A stretch of 64,000 bases of DNA from Haliotis rufescens. Its lineage: Eukaryota. The notes under the pieces are model-generated. The model was not told the origin of the DNA. It ran no database searches and saw only the letters and a program-made list of their open reading frames with translations. The translations under genes were made by a program, and so were the position numbers. Numbering within the stretch: the stretch's first letter is position 1; each line of letters starts with the position of its first letter. Location: NCBI RefSeq assembly GCF_023055435.1, contig NW_025964112.1, forward strand, positions 14,322,001 through 14,386,000, written 5' to 3'. Positions 1 to 10,700 of this stretch are shown here, piece after piece.

Positions 1-116
1 ATCTTTAACTTTTAAAGGATCAGCATAGTGAAAAGACTGATTGCGATTTTGTTGCAAATATCAATTAGACGAAGGTAGACTCTTCAAAGCCCACTGAAGA
101 CTTCAAAGTGCCACTG

Positions 117-265
117 TTTTTCTGTTTGTTTGTTGTTTAACGCCGCACTCAGCAATATTCCAGCTATATGACGGCCTTCAGTAAAATAATCGAGTCTGGA
201 CCAGACAATCCAGTGATTGACATCATTAGCATCGATCCACGCAATTGGGATCGATGACATGTATC
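117..265 (-). mobile_element. SINE family C, 5'-truncated
   Basis: Family body and tail; TSD TCAAAGTGCCACTG. Confidence 0.85.
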
Positions 266-965
266 TCAAAGTGCCACTGAATTTGCCGCTGAAGTCATAT
301 TACAAATTACGGAAAGATATTCAGTAAGTAATGAACACATACCACAAAACTTACTTTTTCACTCAAGCACATTTTAATCCAACTTGATTTGATGATAATT
401 TTGCATAAGACCAATTGTATGCACCGATGATGTATCTGCTTCTGTTTGTAAACTTCCTGTCTCTAATGTCTGGTGACTGATCATGTTGTGCACATACATA
501 TTCTCAAAGGTAAGACATATTTTAGTGTATTGGGATTGTCATCAGACACATAATCAGAAATACTTCTTTGGGGCTCGAAAAAACTGTCGACAATACTAGT
601 GTGCCTTCTGAGCATGTATAATTAATTTAGACGTATTCATATAAATATGATATCATAAACAGTAAATACCCTGTGAACATTGTTTATTTTCTTGGTGTGT
701 TTTGTCAAGACTTTGGCACTATTGACTGAAGACAGTTAAGCGTAACCAGAAGGATTGATAGAAGAATCAAAACTGTAGAACATTTCATTTTGGAATGGGT
801 TTCATCTGTAGCTAGCTTGTTTTTATTGGCAACTTGAGTTGTCAAACGTTGAAAACGAAAATTTGAAGTGTTAACTTGTCAAGCTCATTCTCAATGATTC
901 TGTAAAATAATAATATGTCGCTATGGAAATTACTATATTATTATTTAAGTACGAACACCTGTTAC

Positions 966-1035
966 CTGCCCCTCCAGTTGAGTTCTGTTTTATTCGCCTC
1001 AAGTCCTCGTCGCTGAAGCCTGCCCAACCGGCCAT
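966..1035 (-). CDS. GORAB: GORAB (RAB6-interacting golgin) first coding exon; rest of gene lies left of the window
   Basis: Minus-strand ATG at 1035 gives MAGWAGFSDEDLRRIKQNSTGGA, then a phase-1 donor GTAAC at 965. This matches the GORAB N-terminus (human MAQGWAGFSEEELRRLKQ). Too short for the ORF track. Confidence 0.85.
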
Positions 1036-1682
1036 GTTTAATGCCACGTAACTCTCGCGAGGAAGCGCGAGGGTTATAGTTTCCTTTAAACATATTATAG
1101 GTACAATATATACTATGTTGGTGAATTATTTGTTCTGTTCAACAGAATTGTACATGGCATTGATACATAACCAAAAATCTTACAATTCTGTTTTTTGTAA
1201 GAGTCAGAAAAAAGAAAATAAACAATTTTGAAGATATCTTGATGAAGTACTTGTGATGTAGTTTAACGTAAGGGGAATATTAGAAACACGTGCGAGTCGT
1301 AGCAGACGACATTTGTTTGTGACAGGTGCTTCTGCGCGTCTATTTTGCTTTAAGAATGCATATGTAATCATTACAAATGTGTAAATCGATGTGTAGGTCG
1401 TCATTCCGGATAGGTCATATTCGTAATGTAGAAGAATAATATGCGTTATTCAGGTCGTTTTAGGTAGCCGTGTTTAGAAATGACATTCGTTGTTCCGAGC
1501 CGTACTGCTTTATGAACTGCACTTCCCGGCACCGAACTGATAATGTAAAGATCATATGAATCTAGGGCTCTCCTAGATCTTTAAAGTTTATAGCATAGTA
1601 TTTCAGAATTACGACAAGGATCCCTTTGTTTCTATTCGTAATTTCGAACTTTGTTTTGCAAGGTTTTTATTTATTTTTCTAG
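1036..1682. promoter_or_regulatory. Putative bidirectional promoter between GORAB (-) and CCNB1IP1 (+)
   Basis: Head-to-head start codons about 690 bp apart. CpG-rich patch with TCTCGCGAGG (about 1053-1062, one mismatch to the TCTCGCGAGA promoter motif) and an ETS-like CACTTCCCGG near 1520. Confidence 0.55.
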
Positions 1683-1726
1683 TAGATTAGAGGCACTAAA
1701 CAGCTGTGGTAGAAAAGGACGAGACA

Positions 1727-4700
1727 ATGGATGGAGATTTGATATGCAACTTTAAAAAGTGCAGAAAACAAATCCGATCGTTTGCATGGGTATGTCTATC
1801 ATCAATCATGATATCAAATCATTTTTAGATTTATAGTATAGAATCATACAACATCCCATTTCTTTAGCAACTGAAATAATATGCTGGGCTTTATACGTGG
1901 CTACAGAAATACGATGATCATAATCTAATACATATAACCTACATTCGCTTACATGCTTAGAGCCTATACACAAATTATTAAATGTTTTAGTTTTACATAC
2001 GACGGAGCTAATCGATCAATACAGGTTGGTAATTTTTGTAAATCTATTTATCAGTGTTCAGTGATTACCTTAACAAATTAAAAAAGAAATTGCACCTCTT
2101 TTTCAGGTTACTTCGTGCTCACGTATCCTTACCTTTAATTTGTGACGTGGCCTATGGCCGATTGACATACTAGTCTGCAAGTCTGCAAGATTTACAGTTC
2201 AAATATTACCCACATGTAATACACTACAAGTATACGCGATACCTAGCACTGCAATTTCAGCCGTTCGATTAACCCTGATATTATACCGGACTAAATGTAT
2301 CTTTCCTTTCTGAGGAATGGGTCTCACGTACCCTGATACCAGTCATTTTCCAAGGTAATTGGGTCACTTCACCCATAAGTATTCAAATCAGTATATTGTC
2401 AGCACATCATAGTCGTTCTATAGGCTTACAAGAAGTTAACTGTATATGTATGGTGGCAAATGAGGCAATGTAAAAGCTGGGTATATGGGTATAGAAGGGG
2501 TATGTGAAAGCCTATCACCGGTTGTAATTGTGTATGTGCATGGTGTTTAAGGATGGTCCACAAACCTATTTAATAGGATACCGTTTTCATTTCGAGTTGA
2601 TTACAGTTAATACTTTGACGAACATTCACGCATGATGGATTACATTTATTGATGGCAACTCAGTATGGGACATACTATGCGTTTTTTAAATACTTGTCTT
2701 TCTGTGATCGAACGGGATTCAAGTTGTTACATGTATACATGCTTTAAAGGAAAGATACACCAACAATAATTGTAGCTTATGAACTCATTTCAAAGTTATT
2801 CCTGTAATTTAGGACTACACGTCGTTGCAATGCGATGCATCTCTCGAGAGAGAGCATGTATTTAACCCCCTTCCCTTCGAAGCTCTTGCAGCCTACACTC
2901 ATGCCCTTTTAAATTCCTGAAATTAAGAACTTGAGGGTTCCTTTATAGAATTTACCTTATATACATAACTTATTTCGTGACTATATATATAAAGAGATTA
3001 TTAGCAATATATTTATTTTCACATAAGCCAAGTTACTTTACATAGGGACATTCTTAACCTTCTAAGATGTATTCTGTGATGAAGATGGGAGTCGAGAATT
3101 CAACAAATCAGTTGTTTGTCCTGCTTGTGAGTAACATACTAACTTTCTCGATGAGTTTGAATCTATATATTGTGGTATATATACTGACACACTATGAAAA
3201 CGCAAAGTGGAATTTGGGATATAACTGCAGCATTGCAACAGTTTTGTCTGAGTTTAAAATCCTCATTCACGTTCTCGTACCTGAACAAAAGGTTCCAGTC
3301 ATGTTACTTATCAAGCGTCAAAGTCCACTATGCGTTTTCAAAGTTTCAGTTCTACAGTGTTCACTGGTGCATCCTGTCAAGCAGCCTTTCAATGTTATAT
3401 GTATGAAGGGGATATCGTTATAAATTTTTATTTTCACTTCATCTTATATTCAATCTATTTGATATATTACTATGCAATGTGTAGTTAAATACCTACTTAA
3501 AATAAACTTCGTATGACACAGTGACAGATCTGGTTGATTGTGGATAGCTTTGCAAATAATCACCATGGACATGTATCTCCAGACACATATTTATTATCAT
3601 TTGAACTGGAAGGAGTCATATTCTCGTTCAGAAAATACAAACAGTGTGACAGATGTTTAGTAAATTCAGCATTACACACTCACTCATGCAGTATTATCAT
3701 ATTTTATGTAGGTGAGACTACTCTATCAGGAAAGTGCGACATTGTCAGAAGTAACGTGCAGCCCACAGAACAGTGGAAATCTGTAAGTATAACATAGGCT
3801 ATGACATATACACACTATATAATTGTTTGATTATTGAGATAAATTGTGCATAAAAAAACAATAAATTAAAGTCACATAAACTCTGGAATGCAAAATTTCC
3901 CACCATTGTGCGAAAAAGAAACAGTAAAGTGTTTATTGGACCAAATATCGAGACATTTCATTGATCTGTGATACATGGACTATACGCTCTAAACACGAAA
4001 GAGATATATGTGCAGTGATAGGGAAATTCTGTTTGACGCACAATGCGTGATTGTATACTTTGATCAGCATTATACGATGGGGGAGTGTGTTTAATTACCA
4101 AGCACTAATACGTTTGTTGACGCCCCTTTCTATATAAACAACTTGAGGTGTGAATAAACTGTCATCAGCTTTTTCATGTGTTAATATCATTCACCCACCT
4201 GTGATAAAGAGCTGAACTTAGTATGAAGATATTGACGTACACCTGAACGAAGTGTACCGTACCAGGCGTCACCAATGTGTTAATAATAGCTTTAAATCAT
4301 TTTATCTATTTTTATAGTATAATCTAGTTCAAATGTAATCCTGGTATATTATAGAAGATGATAAACATAAAAGAAAACATGAAATGCGTTTAAAAAGCTC
4401 ATAAATGCCTTCAACACACAACACAACCACGTCACTATTACTGTCACACGTGTTCAATGTGCACATTATCAATGACGGGATATATTGTATTGACACAATC
4501 CCAGTGATATTATTCTAAGTTCCTTTAAAATTTAAGGAATATTGCCATTTGTATCGTAAGTGTCGATAAAAAATGAGGGTCGAGTGGTCGCACTGTGCTC
4601 CGACTGAGTGATTTTATGCACACCGATGTTGTGAAAGTTGCTAATATAGTTAAATATTAGCATATATTCGCTCACACACATTCTGTTCACGGTTGAAGGT

Positions 4701-7700
4701 TAAATAACAGTGCTAAACTATATCAATCATATCCGTGTACACATTTAAAACTTACCAGTTTCATCACTACTAACAAAAATTCGTAATTACTATAAGTGTT
4801 TAGAGTGTTTTTCAAATGATGATTTTGGCTTAATTTAGAAGCTCACTATGTGTTTCCAACGTATAAACATCTGCTCAATTATATATACGAGATTGGTTAT
4901 TCTGCAAAATAAAACATAAACTGCTATCATTAATAGTAAATAGGTAACTGCCATATTTATAAGCTAACGTTTTGGGGAAATGTATTTAACTAAACTATAC
5001 AGATTGTTTCTGCAACACGCAGATGGTGATAGCCGGACAGAGGCCTGAAGTAATTATGGAGATCTGCACCAGAGCACTCTCATTCTGGACTTACCAAGTA
5101 AGACAAGAACATGTTCTCCCAAATTGTAGGATGTCAGTGTCGCTGTTAATGGGACAATGATACACTTGTAGATAATCTGACTTTTCTTAGCGCTATAAAC
5201 TGCAGACTGCAAAGAGTGTAATTTTGTCAATATAGGTTTCATCATGGCTAAATTCAATTCCAGATAGTGATAGCGAGAAACGACTGTATTACATAACGTT
5301 TAGTATTTTATATATCAGTCGGTACATGCAAAGGTCGCAGAACATGTTCACTATACCCGTTTGCGCATGCCGATCGTGTTCACACAATGATATTGTCAGT
5401 GTTAACCACCTATCCAAGCTGCCTCGAGTCGCGTTTACAAAGAAATCTCTCGTGCGTGGGATCCCGCCCTTCATTCTTTAACTTTAACGTGTCTCATTGC
5501 CCAAGCTACCAGCAGCCCACAAGCTATGTCAGGACACGAAGCCACACCTCCAAGGGCTTAATTTTATTAGCAACTCGCATTCAAGCCAGTACGGATGTAG
5601 GTGAACCTACCAAACAGGCACAATATATGTATCCCCTGCTCATGGTTGGCAGCGAAAAGGAACCGGATTCAGCAGAGAAAGTTCGGGACAGAAATATGAA
5701 GGTAATACTTTCTTTGTCACACTAAACTGCCATTCCTCAGGAAACATTGTTTTTCAACTTCATTGTTTGTGCATGTGTTAATACCTGTTTACCTAGGTAG
5801 CTTATGGATCATGCTGATGTTAATAAATACACAATGGGGCCTGCTATAACCATATGGACTTATCACATTATTAAATGGACTCGGACGGAGTTTATACAAT
5901 TTTGAATGATAGTGCAAGTAGTAAATAGTGCAAGGAAAGAATTCATCCGTTATCCCCGCCCCTGAACTCCGTTACCACTCATTTAAAAAGAGTACGGTAG
6001 GTCGTGTATAAGCATAACATGCTGTATGGTGTCTTAGTAATATAGATATACTTTAGCCTTTTATAACTATGAAGTTGATAACTATATGCTATTTCGGTCT
6101 ATGACGGAGTTTACACAATTTACGATGATATCAAAAAGCAGCCCAAGGAAAGAATCCAACCCATTATCCCTGCCCCTGAACTGCCTCTCTTACTTAGACG
6201 GAAGGGGTCCGGGGTTTATACCGGCTGTGAAAACATTACCCGAGGGTACCGGTGAAACCTTTTACTTTTGGTATAAACCCTGCTTAGGGGTTCGTTGGAA
6301 CCACTGCGAAGTCTACTCTTAGATTATATAACATTGATGACTCGACTATAGCTCAAGGAATGTTCAAATTAAGTAAATCGACTTATATATTATGTAGATA
6401 ATCGCGTTGTATACAACCTAATTGCCTGATGAATGAGAAATCCTCATCCATGACAACCTTCTTATTATCTTGTGAGAGTTATTCACTGACCGTTTCCTCC
6501 CGAGAAACCCTCATCAGTGACCTATGCCACGTAGGTTAGTTACAAGACTCGTATCACAAAGGGAGACAAAGTCCATAGGTGGGAGAAACTTGTTATTTAG
6601 AAAATGTCAGGTCATGTAAATAATGTCAGTGCTGTTTGTGACGTCGTGGTAATACTATGAGTTCACCAAAGCATACAAGACATATATAATTATATGAACA
6701 TTCTTCAAAATGACAATCGATCTAAGGTCCAAATATTAATCAATGTCAAATCAAGTGTACCGTATACTAGTGCATCTTTGAACCATGTCAGTTCTATTCT
6801 ATATTATTGTGCTTTTTAAGAGAAGCCGGCTCAAACGTTAAGGCATCAATAGATTTCCAAAATCTAAATTGTTCTTCTGCTTATGTTGGAGTCGAGGTAT
6901 TTTATCAACATCCTTAAAGAGGCTGTACATACTGTTGATATCTCATAAACTTCTCACATATACAAGTCATATAACACTGCAAAACACTACTTATAAACAA
7001 AATATGTGTCATACCACAAGATGAAAAATCTGAGATAAATATGCGTGTGTATAAGATTTAAGAATATTCATTACGCACTAGTTTCTATACGGTTATACAA
7101 AGTCCAACGTTTGACTAAGAAGCCATGACGCGTGACGCAACAGTACATCAGAAAAGAATGTATTGAAATGAGTATTTGCTGATATGAGAAACACCCTTTC
7201 GCCCTTATTTATATAGCTATTATACAGACACATTAGTTTTGCTAATCATATGGCGGCCTACCCTTTCGCTCAAGTGCACCGACATACTGACGAGTCGTTC
7301 AAGCACCCTTTCATAAATAGAATAACATCATTTTATCAATTTTGAAAATATCAGTCTAATATAATGATACTCTTTTTGTATCATTACTTTTATACATCTT
7401 TAAATTGGGGAACGGGTAAACAAGTGCAATGTACGCCTTGCATGGAATATCCTTGTATATATGAATCTTAATCTTCCTATGTGATTTCATATGTGTTTTA
7501 TTTTGAAGTATGAATCGGCATTTTTTGAATAGCTATAATCATGTACACAAAATATTCCCATCCGTTGTGTTTTGTGTTTCATACTGACATGATTGTCTAC
7601 CGGCCATGCATGTATTTATTAAAAGTTTGCTTCCAAGAGTTTGCGGACATCAGACCTAACTACATTGTACAACATGTGTTTAGAATGTAAACACATACAA

Positions 7701-10700
7701 GACATGTTTAGGGAGGATAAGGCTCTTTCACAAATGTATAAACACTATTCTAAAAATGTTTAGATCCTTAACGCGTCAAAATTATGGGACAAGGAACGTG
7801 CTTAGCTTTATGTTTAATTGGTAGAATAATATCTTTTTGTGACATAAACAACGAATCATGTGTGCACGATTAGTTACACTGATACACAGGGTTAAAGCGT
7901 TAGCTCGTCACACCGAAGACCCGGGTTCGATTCCCCACATGGGTACAACGTGTAAAGCCTATTTCTAGTGTCTCCGGCCGAATTATTGCTGAAATATTGC
8001 TAAGAGCGGCGTAAAACAATACTCACTACACTGATACATGATAAACATCGATAAGATAATCAACATGAAGTTTAAGACATATATCAAACATATAATATAA
8101 TATTAGTTCTGTTTTACAGGTGAAGATCTGGGGTAGAATAGGTCTTCAGCAACCTATGCTTGCCCTAAAAGGCGACTATGCTTGTTGTAAGAGGCGACTA
8201 ACGGGATCGGGTGGTCAGGCTGGCTGACTTCGTTGATGCATGTCAAGCAATATTCCCGCTATATGACGGCGGTCTGTAAATAATCGAGTCTGGACCAGAC
8301 AATCCAGTGATTAATATCATGAGCATCGATCCACGCAATTGGGATCGATGACATGCATCAACCAAGTCATCGAGCCAGACCACCCGATCCCGTTAGTCGC
8401 CTTTTACGACAAGCATGGGTTGCTGAAGACCTATTCTACCCCGGAATCTTCACGGGTCTAGCAATGACAACAACAGAATATTTAAGAATTTGTATTTATT
8501 GAAATGTGCTTTAAATGGCTAATGTTTGGTTGGCAAGGGACAATTAAATGTGATCACAGTCGCCACCACATTTGCAAAACGATGTACCGAAACGTGTTTA
8601 GATAGAACGCACCAAATGTGTATACATTCCGTTTTGGATTTGAACACATTCCTAAACATGTTTAGATCTAAACATAACTTGTATATGTTCACATTCTAAA
8701 CACAATATGACAGTGTAGCGTGGATTGGGCTTACAACAAATCTTAGATTGTATGTGCATGTTAAACTTTTCATTATAATTACTGCTTTCTGTGTTGCAGG
8801 TGTCCACATGCCTCTTGGGAAAGTTAGCTCTGATCCTCGTTTTCTTCAACTGTTCCCTGATCCTATCCTATCACGTGATGCTGTACAACAGGGACCTTGT
8901 GGACACAAGGATGAATAATTTGAGGCTATCACAGATACTCGACAGTCAGGGTTCGCATACAAATAACGTCGCTCCAACTAGGGACAAGGGCCAAAAGGCT
9001 GTTGATGTACTGATTGGCAGACGACACATAAATGGAGTATCTGAGAAAGTAAATGGGAGCTCTGGTGATGTTGTACAAAGATCATTAAAACAGGGTGGCA
9101 ATGATAATCCCACACCACAGCCTTTGATTAACAGAAACAAGTATTTGGTCTATCTGTGTAATAAACAAAAGCTTTGTGGAGGATGGGGAGTTCGACAGGC
9201 AGGGATTATCAGTACGTTTCTCCTGGCAAATCTAACTAACAGGATATTTAAAGTGTCCATGACGTCACCGTGTAAACTACAGCACTTCCTACTCCCTAAT
9301 CAGTTGAACTGGATACCGAATATCGAAGAACTTCGAGGAAAGTCTCTCTTTGTCATCAATGACGTTCATAATTCAACATTTTTGGATATTTTGAGATGGA
9401 AAAACTTCAATATGTATTACTCTCAAGATATTGTATTCATCAGAGCAACAATGGACTTTCATGGAGTCGTAACACAAAATCCAGTTTACCAGAAACAGTT
9501 ATCTCAAGTGGCAACACAAACACAATCCTCTTCATTTAAGGACAACTGGAATATGTTGATGGGACCTTCAGTTCAAGCACAGATTGCATTGCAAGATATA
9601 CTTGCACTCAACGGTCATTCTGTAAGAAGATACGAAGATCTCACATGTGCACATGTAAAACTTGGAACTAACCCTCGAACTGAAAATGTTCAGAATATAC
9701 TACGGATTTTACAACAGTGGACACAAATGAATACGAAGGTATTCATCGCTACTGATTCTGACGACTTTCGAAAAATATCTAGGAGTAGGTTTGGATATAA
9801 AATGATAGATTCAGGCGGTACTGTATTGGACATTGACGAGGAGAGAGGCACAATCGATTCATGTCTCGGATTACGTACTGTTATTTTAGATCAAATGATT
9901 CTGTCACGGTGCAAGGTCCTTGCACTTTCTTTCAGTGACGTTGGAAGAAACACAGCTTTTCTAAGAGGCACACATGAAAATGTTCACATTTTCGTCAATG
10001 GAGATTTAAAACATTTCACAAATGATAACAATGTGATGTGACACTTGTTACCCTTTGTGATACAAGTACATGGAAAATCGATTTTCAGAGAGGCTCAACT
10101 AAGATGAGTGAGTGAGTTGGGTTTAACGCCCCTTTGAACAATATTCCAGTTATATCACGGCGTGTCAGCTTACTGTGGTCTCACGATGCAGGTCTCAGGT
10201 GAAATCCACGAGCACGGATCTGGTGCTGACAAACCTAGAAACATAATCGGGTCGAACCCACGACCATTAGTTTCTGGCGTACCCAAGGGACGCAACTCTG
10301 CACACCCAATTGGGGCGCCTTAGACGACTGGTCCACCCGTGACCCCGCCCAAGTAACACAAGTCACATTAACGTCATTGAGTGTTTAAACATTTCATAAA
10401 AGAGATGTGACATGATGACCATTTTTGTCATGATTTTGTAATCACCGTTTTTACACGTGGGCGTGTAAGAAGGTTTGGTTGATGCTTTTAGGTAAATACA
10501 CCAACTCTATGATAATCTATTGTACATCTTTGAGTGTTCTACCGGTAGGTCAGGACATCTGGTGTCATCACTGATTTTCAGTGGTCCATTCATATATTTC
10601 CCACCGCTATTTTGCTTTAAATACTTCCAATAGACTTTGTTTCGGTACATCATTGAGACTGGTTATTCTCTGGCGTGCCGTTTTATGTTGTATAAATATG

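Noticed and set aside
355-899. Candidate GORAB exon 2 after the acceptor at 900
   Set aside because: In-frame TAA after 9 codons and no GORAB similarity seen.
3067-3423. 118-aa ORF from the track
   Set aside because: The real HEI10 exon here is 60 nt in another frame; the rest is intron.
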